From contig CAVSHT010000007.1 of assembly GCA_963727895.1 (NCBI GenBank), positions 64,001-128,000 of the forward strand: a DNA stretch of 64,000 nt, in the 5' to 3' direction. How positions within the stretch are numbered: position 1 is the first letter of the stretch; each line of letters begins with the position of its first letter. The position numbers and the translations under genes were made by a program. The stretch comes from an uncultured Methanosarcinaceae archaeon (lineage in GTDB: Archaea; Halobacteriota; Methanosarcinia; Methanosarcinales; Methanosarcinaceae). The notes beneath the pieces were generated by a model. That model was not told the DNA's origin. It did no database searches and was given only the letters and a program-made list of their open reading frames with translations. Below are positions 11,130 through 22,735 of the stretch, one piece after another.

Positions 11130-11261
11130 AATTCAGAGTTTGGGAATAATAAGATATATAAGAAAGAAAGTATATTTATTAACTCTCGATCTAATTATAC
11201 GATACGTTACATCAAAAAAGTCCGACAATATACGAAAATTTTTCACACTTTTGAACAAAAT

Positions 11262-11345
11262 GCCCAGGTAGTCTAGTGGTAAGGCGACGGTCTCGAAAAC
11301 CGTTTCTTCTTTGGGAGAGCGCAGGTTCAAATCCTGCCCTGGGCG
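11262..11345 (+). tRNA. tRNA-Ser(CGA)
   Basis: GCCCAGG/CCTGGGC acceptor stem, ACGGT-CTCGAAA-ACCGT anticodon arm, long variable arm, GGTTCAAATCC T-loop. Confidence 0.95.
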
Positions 11346-11396
11346 CTAATCTTTGAGTTAATAGCTTAAAAAATTAAATTGATTTAGTATTTATTT

Positions 11397-12135
11397 GGCA
11401 TTGTTACTTAACTATATCTAGTTCTTTATTTCTGTATTTCATCAATAGAATAACCGAGTACTTTAGCATTTCAAGACTCTTCGTATAACACTTTGTCTTT
11501 CTTCTCAACCTTGCCAAAAAGTGCCTCAATATGCTGTTATATCCTTCAACAGTATACGTTTCTGCTTTTGATTGAGTATGGATCTTTTCTGGAAGAAACT
11601 CTGCATATGCTCTCCAGTGATCTGTCATCACTTCTCCAATCTCTTTTTTCTTCAATTTTTCCCAGAGTAATTTTCCAGTTTCCGTTCCTCTGATGCCAAA
11701 AGAGCAGTTGATGAACTTTTTCCCAACTCTATCAACAGCAATCCAGATCCAGCAATACTTTTTTTGTTACCGATGTACGTGTGCATTTCATCCATTTCAA
11801 CAATAGATATCTCATTTTCACTTTTTAGGTCCTCTAACTCCTGACCAAATTTCTTTATCCATCTTTGGACAGAAACATGACTTACCCCTAAAAATCGTCC
11901 TATTAAGCGAAAGCCCAATCCTTCAAGATAGAGTTGTAAAGCCTGTTTTTAACAGAGGTGGAAAAAGCAGTTGATTTTAGCTCTACTGTATAGTTATATC
12001 CACAATCATGGCATTTGTAGCGTTGACGACCACCAACTATACCATTCTTTTTGTGACTGGAACTATTGCATCTGGGGCAGTTAATGAAGAAATATATGTT
12101 ATAAGCATATATATCTATTTTTTATTACCAATGCC
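11397..12135 (-). mobile_element. IS1-family element, copy 3 (degenerate)
   Basis: GGCATTG...CAATGCC ends, insA/insB remnants; flanks do not match each other. Confidence 0.95.
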
Positions 12136-12243
12136 CAATCTTTTATTGAGATTCAAGTTATAGGAATCATTATCCATCTCACGCCACTCCATGAGATACG
12201 GAATTAAACAGTTGAATTTAATCCGCCTGAAGCGCAAAATCGT

Positions 12244-12315
12244 GCCGTCGTGGCTTAGCGGTATAGCGGCTGATTCGTAATCAGCAGGCCGAGGGTTCAA
12301 GTTCCTCCGGCGGCT
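12244..12315 (+). tRNA. tRNA-Thr(CGT)
   Basis: GCCGTCG/CGGCGGC acceptor stem, GCTGA-TTCGTAA-TCAGC anticodon arm, GGTTCAAG T-loop. Confidence 0.93.
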
Positions 12316-13028
12316 CTGTATTATTTTTGGTTCAAAGCCCATTTTCCGTAATTGTGAGTAAATGAAAGCATCGATATATAAACTGAATACTAAGAAATGT
12401 TTGAATTTATTGAAACTTTTAGATATTAAGACGTTCAGATATATCTAGTTAATCAAAAATTAATTCTGAATTTTGTAAATTTTTATTTTTTTGAAGGTTT
12501 TTTCATTAAATACTACCTATTTATTTCATTAAAAAAATAAAAAAATCTCAATAATCTATATTTACAGGAAAAATTATATTTCTATTACAAATTGAATATG
12601 AAGAACTGTAATAAGGTATAGAAAACTAAAATGTTTTTAAATCCCTTTAATTCAGTTTTAAGTGATAAATATAATACAAATAGAGTGTTTTTTGGCCTCA
12701 TCATTTTTTAAGTTTATTAATAAAGTTTTATAAAGCTTTAAACTCCATTTCTGATTTTTATTTGCATTTTTGAAAATAAGTATGTTTATACACTAATATT
12801 TCCCAATTAATTTCGATCCTATATACCACTTGATTAACAATCTTAAAATGAGGAAAATTAACGACATTTATGGAAACTCGAACGGGATTTCCTAATTTTT
12901 ATTTTGAATCCCCTTTGATTAGAGCCAAACGATCCCATTCCAAAATTACACATTTAAAGTGCAAGACTATGAAAGTGCAAGACTATGTAAAAAATTTGTA
13001 ATGACGTTAGTTAAAAAAAGGAAGTACA

Positions 13029-13649
13029 ATGATGAAACGAACAGGAACTTTTATTCTATTAATTTTATTAATTTTAACGTTATGTACTGCCACCGCAGGT
13101 GCTTCATCTAGTACTGCGTGTAATGTAAAAATTGTCAAGTTTATAGTACATCCTGCAACTGGTACAGCACCGGCTAAAATTGGATTTACAACTTATATGT
13201 CAGGTACTGTTACACGTGTTACATACCAGGTATTGGATAAAACTGGAAAAGTAGTTGCTTCCTGCAGTTCCTACTGTGTACACTGCACGAAAAAACATAT
13301 CTGTACTTGTTCTCTTACTATAAAACAGGCTGGAACTTATAATGTAAAAGTAACTGCATATGGTACTGGAAGCTGTTCTGTAACACAACTTCATAAATCA
13401 GCCGTTACGATAAAGGCTCCAACACTCACTCCACGTTTTGCATGTGCAGTATCTGGTAAGAAAGTAACTTTCACAGACTCATCTATAGGAGAAACAACAA
13501 GAACCTGGAATTTCGGTGACGGTTCAAAATCAACTTCAAAAAATCCAACTCACACATATAAAAAGGCAGGAACCTATAAAGTTTGCTTGACTGCATGCAA
13601 TTCCGCAGGCACTTGTAAGTCTCTCTGCAAGAGTGTAACTGTAAAGTAA
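13029..13649 (+). CDS. Secreted Cys-rich PKD-domain surface protein
   Basis: Signal peptide; VTFTDSS...WNFGDGSKSTSKNPTHTYKKAGTYKVCLT PKD motif. Confidence 0.85.
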   Translation: MMKRTGTFILLILLILTLCTATAGASSSTACNVKIVKFIVHPATGTAPAKIGFTTYMSGTVTRVTYQVLDKTGKVVASCSSYCVHCTKKHICTCSLTIKQAGTYNVKVTAYGTGSCSVTQLHKSAVTIKAPTLTPRFACAVSGKKVTFTDSSIGETTRTWNFGDGSKSTSKNPTHTYKKAGTYKVCLTACNSAGTCKSLCKSVTVK

Positions 13650-13803
13650 TAAAGGGATAACTCCCTTCCTATTTTTTAATGAATATTTTATTAACATATT
13701 GTGTGGTGATCCTGTCAAGTCTACGGAGCTAGACAATCTATAAATTCAAAATTAACTATAAAAATATCTTGGCATCTGTTTGCAAAAATTATGTCAAAAT
13801 TGC

Positions 13804-13875
13804 ATTGTATTAACTTAGCGGTATAACGGTTGATTCATTATCAGCAGGCAGGGGGTTCAAGTTTCTCCCACGTCT
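13804..13875 (+). pseudogene. Degenerate copy of tRNA-Thr
   Basis: CTTAGCGGTATAACGGTTGATTCATTATCAGCAGGCAGGGGGTTCAAGT aligns without gaps to 12244-12315 at offset +1560; acceptor stem destroyed. Confidence 0.8.
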
Positions 13876-14048
13876 ATTTTTTATAATCTTTTGCATGTAG
13901 ATGGATCAATAACTCAATAGTAAGATCCGGTTTTTAAGAAATGCACATGATATTCTTCCAATTACAGGAACAAATAAATGAAAGTACTTGAAAGCACTTT
14001 CATGCCAGAGAAAAAATAAAATTTTGCAAAATCAATTACGAGCTTATT

Positions 14049-14336
14049 TTATTGTTTAATTTTCAGGTCTGCCTGATAGCCTCTTGGGAAGCAGTCACTA
14101 TATCCTCTTTCGTAACCTCTACCATAATCAGTTTTAGTGACTGGTTTCCTCATAACCGCACCATAAGGCTTCTTGCTGTCGGCCTTTCCTTCTCTAAATC
14201 CATCCTTATAGCCGTCTCTACAACCGTCTTTAAATCCTTTGTTATATTCTTGTTGGTTTGCTGTTGCTACTGCAGCTGTTAATGAAACTACAAAGACGAC
14301 TAACAGCAAGACGGTTATTGCTTTTTTCATACTCAT
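14049..14336 (-). CDS. Small secreted protein with GYxxG repeats
   Basis: Signal peptide followed by YNKGFKDGCRDGYKDGFREG...YGRGYERGY; GGGGA RBS upstream. Confidence 0.7.
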   Translation of the reverse strand: MSMKKAITVLLLVVFVVSLTAAVATANQQEYNKGFKDGCRDGYKDGFREGKADSKKPYGAVMRKPVTKTDYGRGYERGYSDCFPRGYQADLKIKQ

Positions 14337-14411
14337 TTGTTGATTCCCCCGTTTATACTCACTTCATGAATTTACGGATGTTATATTTTTCTTCACGCAG
14401 TGTTGGCAGAC

Positions 14412-14570
14412 ATGTTCATTCTATCAATAAATTAGCTCAATGCTTACTTTTGATGAGAATGATAACAGCAGTATTTTTTATCCTCATTGATATGTTTATT
14501 CTATCAATAAATTAGTTCAATGCTTACTTTTGATGAGAATGATAACAGCAGTATTTTTTTATCCTCATTG
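14412..14570. repeat. 80-bp tandem duplication (2 copies)
   Basis: ATGTTyATTCTATCAATAAATTAG...ATCCTCATTG at 14412 and 14492. Confidence 0.85.
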
Positions 14571-15084
14571 TTTTTATTCTCATTTTATGTGACGGAATTT
14601 GCCAACAGAAGTGATTTCAAACATACGCAATAAAATAATTATTATATATATTATAATTATATATTATAATACTAGCAGAAAACTAAATATTGAAAGGATT
14701 TTAATCATAATTTCTAACCAGACTTTTTTACAAAAAACTCACTATAATATTTACAATACTTATATTCTTCACATTTTTTCCTTTTAAAATGTATATATAT
14801 TTTTCATTGATTATCTAAATTTAGAACTTACATTCACCTCTGTTTGATTTCTGAGAAAAAATGATGAATTCTCCTACCTCTTACAGCAAAATTAAGAACA
14901 CATCCGTTAATAGTAAAACAGTTAATTTTTTATCGCCATTTTATGTCGGTTTATTTTTTCCTGTACATTGGATTAAATGTGTTTTTATGCACATTTCAAT
15001 TTAAAAACAACTACACTCATAAAAATTAATTTTAATTAAATAGAGAACATTGTCTAATGAATCAGAAAAATAAGTTAGTTTAGC

Positions 15085-15273
15085 TTATTGCCTTGGTACA
15101 GCAAACTTACTTTCAATATTAATCTGCTCATTTGCATACTGAACAGGTACATTTACAGCTGTAAATGAGGATATACCCCCACATTTTTTACAATAATAAA
15201 ACTTGTTTGATCCGATTACCTGTTTTTTGAGGAGTGTTCCACATCGAGTACACTCTATAGATAATTCGAGCAT
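15085..15273 (-). CDS. Small zinc-ribbon protein (CxxC...CxxC)
   Basis: ECTRCG...YCKKCG. Confidence 0.65.
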   Translation of the reverse strand: MLELSIECTRCGTLLKKQVIGSNKFYYCKKCGGISSFTAVNVPVQYANEQINIESKFAVPRQ

Positions 15274-15278
15274 ATTTT

Positions 15279-15416
15279 TTACTCCATGATTATTAACGGT
15301 TCAAGCTTTGCAGTTTCTTTCTTTGTCCAGTACCCACATACAGGGCAGTACTGATAATCCATATAGGTATCGTTTTCAAGTTCTGAGGTACACTTAGGAC
15401 ATTTTTTCAATAACAT
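15279..15416 (-). CDS. 45-aa zinc-finger microprotein (CPxC...CPxCG)
   Basis: Manual translation MLLKKCPKCTSELENDTYMDYQYCPVCGYWTKKETAKLEPLIIME; strong AGGAGG RBS; 5 bp upstream of the next zinc-ribbon ORF. Confidence 0.7.
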   Translation of the reverse strand: MLLKKCPKCTSELENDTYMDYQYCPVCGYWTKKETAKLEPLIIME

Positions 15417-15647
15417 TTAACAACCTCCTGTTCTTTAAAAAAATATAAGAGTTCTAAAGGTCATAGGTGTCACAGAAGTTTTTAAAAAATTTCAGTATAT
15501 TAAGTGGTATGTATTAAGTGGTTCAGCCATTATAGATTTTCTTAATAGATTATCGAGAATCTCTTCTGTGTTTATGGCTGAACCATATGCCAGAGGCATA
15601 ATTTTATACTCAATTAGAATTCTGCATAATTTAACTGTAATTTTTTT

Positions 15648-15730
15648 GGGTTTTATTAGTTATTGGGTTTATCAGCTATTGGGTTTATCAGCTATTGGGT
15701 TTTATCAGCTATTGGGATTTATCAACTATT
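15648..15730. repeat. Short tandem repeat, about 5 x 16-17 bp
   Basis: Unit GGGTTT(T)ATCAGCTATT. Confidence 0.8.
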
Positions 15731-15842
15731 ATTTGGAAAGAGGTCGGTAAATATTTAATATCAGCTCCTTCTTTTTTGGATTTATCGGTGGTTATTTGAA
15801 AAGAAATGGTAGAGAGTTCCTACATACTCCCTCTGTCAAAGT

Positions 15843-16709
15843 TTATGCTTCAGTGCTGTTCTCTGCATTGTTTTTAGGCATATTTCCTGGATCCATTGGA
15901 CAATTGCCTACATGATGCATCATATCTCCATCTCCCATTCCGAACATTATATGGGAAGAAGACATTACTTTCTTAAGATCTTCTAGTGAATTTGCTCCTT
16001 TGACATCTTCTAATAGATTCTTGAGTTCTGTGGTCCTACTACTAAGGTTTTCACTCATGTTTTCATTGGTAGTGCTTTCTGTCTCGTTTCCCATTTTTTC
16101 AAGATGCTCTATTTCCATTTCGATTGAATCAGTAGCCTGGGTTTGTATTTGGGTGAATACAACATTCTTTAGTTCTTCTGCGCTGGAAGCTGAACTTATT
16201 TTACTGGAGAAGTTTTCAAGGTTAGTTATTTTTTCATTGAGTATCGTAGTCATATTTTCATCAGTTGTGTTATTCAGCTGACCATTAAGCATTTCAGTCA
16301 TATTCCCAATGTTACTGACCATTTCTTCCTGGACATCAGTGTAATTATCATCAGTTACGTTTTCAACCTTAGATATGTCACATAATCCGGACATTTTACC
16401 TGCCCCCATATTTATCCCATGAGGTATGTCTGCACATCTCTGATTGGCCAGAACTTTATGGAGTTCGGAGGCATTGGAAGCTTCGCTTACATTGCCATAG
16501 AAACCCTGAAGGTCAGTAATTTGTTCATTAATTAAATTCAGCATTTCTTTCTGAATAGTCGCAAAATTTTCGTTAGTTATGTTCTCTCCAGGAGCGAATA
16601 CAGGTTTGTTTTCCGAAGCAAAAGCTCCTGAAGGTAAAATAATGCATAATACTACCATTACCACTGCAAATCGGCAAATTGAGTTTAATACTGTTGTTTT
16701 TATTCTCAT
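15843..16709 (-). CDS. Secreted acidic helical-repeat hypothetical protein
   Basis: Signal peptide; internal repeats (ENITNENF...ASNASELHKV / ENVTDDNY...ASSAEELKNV / ANSLEDLKKV). Confidence 0.75.
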   Translation of the reverse strand: MRIKTTVLNSICRFAVVMVVLCIILPSGAFASENKPVFAPGENITNENFATIQKEMLNLINEQITDLQGFYGNVSEASNASELHKVLANQRCADIPHGINMGAGKMSGLCDISKVENVTDDNYTDVQEEMVSNIGNMTEMLNGQLNNTTDENMTTILNEKITNLENFSSKISSASSAEELKNVVFTQIQTQATDSIEMEIEHLEKMGNETESTTNENMSENLSSRTTELKNLLEDVKGANSLEDLKKVMSSSHIMFGMGDGDMMHHVGNCPMDPGNMPKNNAENSTEA

Positions 16710-17070
16710 GGTTTCTTCCTTTCCTGATTTTTATTTCTGTTTTTTTCTTTTATTTCATTTTAGAGGGATCTTTTGTTTTTTACAAATTTTTTCAGTTTTT
16801 ATTGTTTCTCGGTCTTTCCTCTGCCTAGTTTTTCTAATACTTTATTTAGTCTATTTTTTCGTTTTTCTTTTTGTCTTCAGAAAATCAACTGTTGACATCC
16901 GTAACATGAACTGGAAAAAATATATATTTACTTCTCAATACAAAGGATTTAACTCGATTTAATTTTAAAAAGAAGCTTTATATATTCTTTTAAGTCTTAA
17001 CAAACCTTAAAAAAGATAATAGATACTTATTGGAATCCTTAAATGTCATATCTTCTACATAAAAACAAGT

Positions 17071-17122
17071 GATATTGTTAACTAAACATAGTTAACTCTT
17101 TATTTCTGTATTTCATCAATAT
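17071..17122 (-). mobile_element. IS1 right-end stub (about 52 bp)
   Basis: GATATTGTTAACTAAACATAGTTAACTCTTTATTTCTGTATTTCATCAATAT is the reverse complement of the IS1 terminus. Confidence 0.85.
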
Positions 17123-17216
17123 AGGAGTAACGCAGTTGGGTCTTAGCACATCGTTTTTGGCAACTTATTAACTATTAAAATTAATTTAATGTGTATAGGG
17201 GGTTATTAAAATATTC

Positions 17217-17956
17217 GGTATTGTTATCTAAACATAGTTAACTCTTTATTTCTTTATTTCATCAATAGAATAACCGAGTACTTTAGCATTTCAATACTCT
17301 TCGTATAACACTTTGTCTTTCTTCTCAATCTTGCTAGAAAATGCCTCAATATGCTGTTATATCCCTCAACTGTAAATGTTTCTGCTTTTGATTGAGTATG
17401 ACTCTTTTCTGGAATAAACTCTGCATATGCCCTCCAGTGATCTGTCATCACTTCTCCAATCTCTTTTTTCTTCAATTTTTCCCAGAGTAGTTTTCCAGTT
17501 TCCGTTCCTCTACTACCAAAAGAGCAGTTGATGAACTTTTTCCCAACTCTATCAACAGCAATCCAGATCCAGCAATATTTTTTTTGTTACCGATGTAAGT
17601 GTGCATTTTATCCATTTCAACAATAGATATCTCATTTTCACTTTTTAGGTCTTCTAACTCCTGACCAAATTTCTTGATCCATCTTTGGGCAGAAACATGA
17701 CTCACCCCTAAAAATCTTCCTATTGAACGAAAGCCCAATCCTTCAAGGTAAAGTTGTAAAGCCTGTTTTTTAACAGAGGCGGAAAAATCAGTTGATTTTA
17801 GCTCTACTGTATAGTTATAGCCACAATCATGGCATTTGTAGCGTTGACGCCCACCAACTATACCGTTCTTTTTGTGACTGGAACTATTGCATTTGGGGCA
17901 GTTCATGAAGAAATATATGTTATAAGCATATATATCTATTTTTGATTACCGATACC
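17217..17956 (-). mobile_element. IS1-family element, copy 4
   Basis: Intact insA ORF 17472-17906 plus insB 17254-17475 with a premature TAA; terminal IRs. Confidence 0.95.
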
Positions 17957-18130
17957 ATCATTTTTTATAGGGCTATTATTCCCTTTAACGGAATTTAGCG
18001 AAGAATAGACACAAGCTTTATTGAATTACGTAAAAAATATTTTCAGGATATAAGATCAAAAAATGATTATACCCTGAAGTTGTAATGTTAGAAGCAATAA
18101 TGAGGTTAGATGAAGTTTTTGGATAAACTC

Positions 18131-20448
18131 CTACAATACATCATCTAACGACTCAACAAATTTATAATGTGACAATGATATTTTTGTCTCATTTATATGT
18201 TTGTCACCTGAATTTTCAAAAAAATTCTTCATCAAATATGTCATCAAAGCAACAAGTAACCCAAAAGAACCTGATACTATAAAGACTGTGTTAAGATCAA
18301 AATGTAATAGGACTATACCAAGTACTATGGGTGCAAGACTCTGACCTACATTTCTCATAGCATTGTGAATAGATAGACACACCCCCTGTAGATTCTGCAG
18401 GAGCTACATGAATTATTTGTGTGTCTATTAATGGTTGAGCAAGCCCATAACCAGCTCCGAACAGTAATATTAAGAGGATAATCATGTAAATTGAATACGC
18501 AAATGAGATAGCTATTATTGCCAGTCCGACAATTGCAAAACCAATAGCAATAATTAACATGCTTGAATGCTTACTAACCAGATTCTTCACGCAGGATATA
18601 GTAACGATGACAGCTATTCCCTCCAAAGCCAATATAAGTCCTGCTTCCCTTGCAGTATAACCAAATACACCTTCAAGCATAAAGGGCAAGTAAACAACTA
18701 CTGAAAATAATAAAAAGTAGATAGTAAAACTCAGGAATACAGTGTACATTACTCGCAAATCCTTGAGTGCTTTAAAAGCATTAAGTATTCCGTCGTGTTC
18801 ATCGTTTTCGTTCTTAACAACCCTTGTCTCTGGAAAGAAAAAGATCACAACAAAAGCAAATGGTAGAGATAATACATAGAAAAGGAATGGACAGTTCCAT
18901 TTAAAACTTGCCAGTCCCCCACCTATAGTCACCACTTTAAATAATGCGACATTTTATGTTTAAATGTATGTTTCTCCCAAAATTCATTCATTTCTTCCTT
19001 TAATGCTTCAATATTTTTAAATGATTTTATTGACGTTAAGTTTTCTCTTGTCACTTTCCAACAGTATTCTGTTGGGTTCCTATCTGGAGTAGCTGGAGGG
19101 AAAAATATTATTTTCAACCAATGCTTATTATTTTGATAAAATTCCTTTGCCTTTGCTGATCTATGCCATGTAGCTCTGTCCAGTAAAAGAAATATCCTTG
19201 CCCCTATATCTCTTTGAAACTTGATTAATGATTTTAAGTAAGAGTCTGTATTCTGTGTAATTCCTAAATCATACCAATAAAACTCTCCATTTTCAGTGTA
19301 GAATCCTCCAATATTGATTTTTGCTTTTGAACCACTTGTAAATTTAATAGGTTTTGAGCCCTTTATTGCCCAACATCTTGATCTATTTGAATCCACACAA
19401 AAATTACTTTCATCATGGGTAACGAATAAATGATTAGGGTTTAGTAATCTGTTTTTTGGACTTCTCTTATGAATTATTTTTTAAGCACCTCATTTCTTCT
19501 TTTAGATTGAGGTCGACATGTGATTTTTCTCAACCCTAAATTTTTTAAAATTTGTCTCATTCTTGATTTGGAATAAGATACTCCAAATTTTTCCTTGACA
19601 AATTGAACTGCATCTTTTGTTTGCCAACCACGAGAATAAACATCATCTGTTGGTATAGGTTCTAAAAATGTCTCTCTTAACTCAGATAATTGTTCTGCAG
19701 TTAAAAAAGACTTGATTCCTCGACCAGGTTTACATTTAAGGCTAAACAAACCGTCGGTTTCAGCTCGTTTTATCCAGCGATGAACAGTTGAACGGTGAAC
19801 TGAAAAATCGTCGGCAACTTTAGCGGGACTCAAACCATTTTTGACCAATAATAAGGCTTGAAGTTTAATCTGCTCGTTTTTGTTACAGGAATTTATGATA
19901 GCTGTAGAAATATCAAAAGTTGTAAACATTTCCAAACTCATATATAAAATTATATACTAATTTCAGGTATAAGAATGTTGCAGTAAATACAGAGGTAACT
20001 ATATAAGAGGACCAAATATTGAGCCAATAGCAAGAGCCGTACTAATCTTGCTTGTGGCACTTAATCTTTCATGATCATTGTATACATCCCTTATGACCAG
20101 CATAGTCAAAGACAGCATTCCTGCTGCTCCAATACCCTGTATTAACCTCAAGATAATAAGTAACTTCAGACTAGAAGTGAAATAACTTACAAGTCCCATT
20201 AGACCGTAAATCACAAGGCAGGGAACAAGTAGCTTCTTACGGTTCATACGGTCTATGAAATTTCCAATCATCAGAGTAAAAATAGCCGTTGAGATAGTGT
20301 ACCCCGATATCAACAATGCTACTTCCTGGAATGTTGTCTGAAGGGGTTTCACCATATCTGGTAATGCTGGTGCTAAAATAGCACCTCCAGCCATTGCAAA
20401 AAATGCAGTAATACAAAGCATTAGAAGGTGAATGTTTTTGAATTTCAT
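18131..20448 (-). pseudogene. MFS transporter interrupted by IS630 and frameshifted near its 3' end
   Basis: N-part 19999-20448 (GNFIDRMNRKK, RLIQGIG) and C-part rejoin as ...GPLI-GGGL once the IS and one TA are removed; frameshift near 18380. Confidence 0.88.
18926..20001 (-). mobile_element. IS630-family element (HTH ORF 19474-19941 plus DDE ORF 18929-19396)
   Basis: TA target duplication; imperfect IRs TAGTCACCACT / TAGTTACCTCT; LDRATWH...PDRNPTEYCW DDE motifs. Confidence 0.9.
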
Positions 20449-20461
20449 GATCTTTATCTCT

Positions 20462-20935
20462 TTATTTCACATTATTTTGAGCTACATTCTCAAACATAAT
20501 TCTAAGTAACTTCATAATTTCTTTTTTTTGACTGTCATCAAAATTGGAGAAAATAATGTTTTCCCAATCTGAAGCTATCTTTTTCATATCAGGTTTTACT
20601 TTTTTTCCTTTCTCAGTGAGAAAAATCCTGTATGATCGCTTGTCTTTCTCATCCCTTTCTCGGAAAACATAGCCTTCATCAACAAGTTTCTGTATGGCGC
20701 GTGTAGTAGTGCCCTTATCTAGTTTTTGATGTTCAGAAAGAGTTTCCTGATTGATCCCATCTTCTTGATACAACCTCATCAGAAAAGGAAACTGTCCGCT
20801 TCCAAAACCATATGGCTCAATTTGTTTCCCAATGTAGATTTGTTCATATCTGTAGAGAAATGAGATGAGCTTTCCAATGAATTCCTTCTCACATGTTCCT
20901 TGAGCATGTACGCTTCCAGTGAAGTCTCCATTCAT
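20462..20935 (-). CDS. MarR-family transcriptional regulator
   Basis: GINQETL...DKGTTTRAIQKLVDEGYV.RERDEKDKRSYRIFLTEKG. Confidence 0.92.
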   Translation of the reverse strand: MNGDFTGSVHAQGTCEKEFIGKLISFLYRYEQIYIGKQIEPYGFGSGQFPFLMRLYQEDGINQETLSEHQKLDKGTTTRAIQKLVDEGYVFRERDEKDKRSYRIFLTEKGKKVKPDMKKIASDWENIIFSNFDDSQKKEIMKLLRIMFENVAQNNVK

Positions 20936-20966
20936 TTTTATTATCCACCAGATTGTCCAATCAAAT

Positions 20967-21035
20967 TAGTTGCATATACAACTAGATTATTTGCGTTATA
21001 TGCACCAACGTCATATATAGTTGTTGATGCAACTA
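20967..21035. promoter_or_regulatory. Putative MarR operator pair TAGTTG-N6-CAACTA
   Basis: Two palindromes (20967-20984 and 21018-21035) upstream of marR, with a TATA-like TATATA between them. Confidence 0.7.
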
Positions 21036-21999
21036 ATTTTTTATTAGTTGGTTGATATTTCATTTAAAAACCACTTTTTCAAGTGCGATCTTTTCTAAGC
21101 TTGTCCGTATACAAAAAAATCGAAATCCAATCCAAGTGAAAGATGGTATGTAAAGCACAAATTTGTGAATTTTTAAAATAAGTTTTAACTTATAGTGAGA
21201 GATAATTATTTATTAAAAGAAGTTAAGTAAAATAGTTCAAAAAGTAAAATATCGGGTAAGTAGCAAATGACCCTGATTTTGGCATTCCATAAAAACTATT
21301 TATTAATTATTATAATTAGATAGTTGAGCTATTAATAGGAAAAATTTGCTTGAAATATATTATATCAAGCTGATTTCAAAATTTCGACCATTCATGTTTT
21401 AGACCAAAACCAGATATCCAATTTAGTTCTGTTGACCTTGATTTATCGACTAAGAGATCTTGATCCAGAAGCAGTGGAAGCAGTTTTGAAACAGGTTTAT
21501 AGTAATATTTATTATATTCAGAGCCCATTATTGCAATGGGCATTAAAGGGGAAAATCTTTAAGGAGATATATTCAGGGACCAACATTATAAAACGGATCT
21601 TAAAGAAGCTAAACTTAAAACTTCTCAATAATTAAAAGAGAAATATCTCCTTCATTTAGAAATATTTAATATAACGAATAACTGGAAATTTGAATATTCC
21701 TTGTGAATTTGTGTTTCCTATCTTATGAAAGAAATAGTTAACATGATATCAGTTGGGGATCAGCATAATCTGTGAAATCTTCAAAAATTTAAAGAAAGCA
21801 ATATTTCTCTTGATAAGGAAATTTCATTTTATTCCTGTGTAATTTTTATAAAATTTATTGAAAAATTAATTTAAATCTGTTTTTAAATATATCCTTTCAG
21901 ATAAAGAACATTAAGCACATAAGGTCATATTTTAATAGTATGACCATGTGAGGGAACATGATCTATAGCTCGTAAAATAGTTACACTCATTAAAAAGCA

Positions 22000-22121
22000 G
22001 GCTCTGTAAAAAACCTATATAAGTCAGTTGCAGTAGGCTGAGACTCAATTCGCAAAAATATATCATCCCATTCAGTTCAAATTAATGAAGGCTTTTCATA
22101 TCAGAGCATTTCTACAGAGCC
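22000..22121. mobile_element. 122-bp MITE with ISL3-like ends
   Basis: IRs GGCTCTGTAaAAA / TTTCTACAGAGCC; 8-bp TSD AAAAAGCA on both sides. Confidence 0.85.
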
Positions 22122-22166
22122 AAAAAGCAATTAGTTAATAAACAGCAATATACAGGAAGTGAATGT

Positions 22167-22673
22167 ACGACCGAACGACAGGTTGAAAGTGTATTTATCG
22201 AAATTCCGAAAGGAAGCCGTAACAAATATGAATACGACAAAGAAAAAAAAGTGCTTAAATACGACAGAATGCTTTCTTCTTCAATGGTATATCCCTCAGA
22301 TTATGGCTTTTTCCCCGAGACCTTAGCCCTTGACGGCGATCCTTTAGATGCCATGGTATTAACATGGGAACCTACCTTTCCAGGTTGTATGATAGATGTA
22401 CATCTTGTAGCATTGTTTGACATGGAAGATGATAAAGGCAGAGATGAAAAAATACTCTGTGTTCCAAAGAGTGACCCTATGTGGAATTATATTGAAACAG
22501 TTGACCAAGTTCCACCTCATCTATTTAAGGAAATTACTCATTTCTTCCAAACTTACAAGAATTTAGAGGAAAAACGCGTGAGGGTTCTCGGTTGGAGAGA
22601 CCTTGAAACAGCAGTCAACATACTTCAGGAAGCTAAAGATCGATATCATGAAAAACAGAACGGAAAAAAATAA
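22167..22673 (+). CDS. ppa: Soluble inorganic pyrophosphatase (family I); start codon appears to be ACG
   Basis: IEIPKGSRNKYEYD, YPSDYGFFP, DGDPLD, DEKIL, HFFQTYK; the frame extends upstream to ACG at 22167 with no in-frame ATG. Confidence 0.85.
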   Translation, partial: TTERQVESVFIEIPKGSRNKYEYDKEKKVLKYDRMLSSSMVYPSDYGFFPETLALDGDPLDAMVLTWEPTFPGCMIDVHLVALFDMEDDKGRDEKILCVPKSDPMWNYIETVDQVPPHLFKEITHFFQTYKNLEEKRVRVLGWRDLETAVNILQEAKDRYHEKQNGKK

Positions 22674-22735
22674 TCAATTAGATATTCTAAACTAGAATAA
22701 TATTTATTAAAAATATAAATTAAAAATTTATAATT

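Noticed and set aside
12115..12342. 75-aa ORF
   Set aside because: Antisense to tRNA-Thr and the IS end; spurious
21432..21635. 67-aa ORF
   Set aside because: No RBS or recognisable motif; at best a gene remnant
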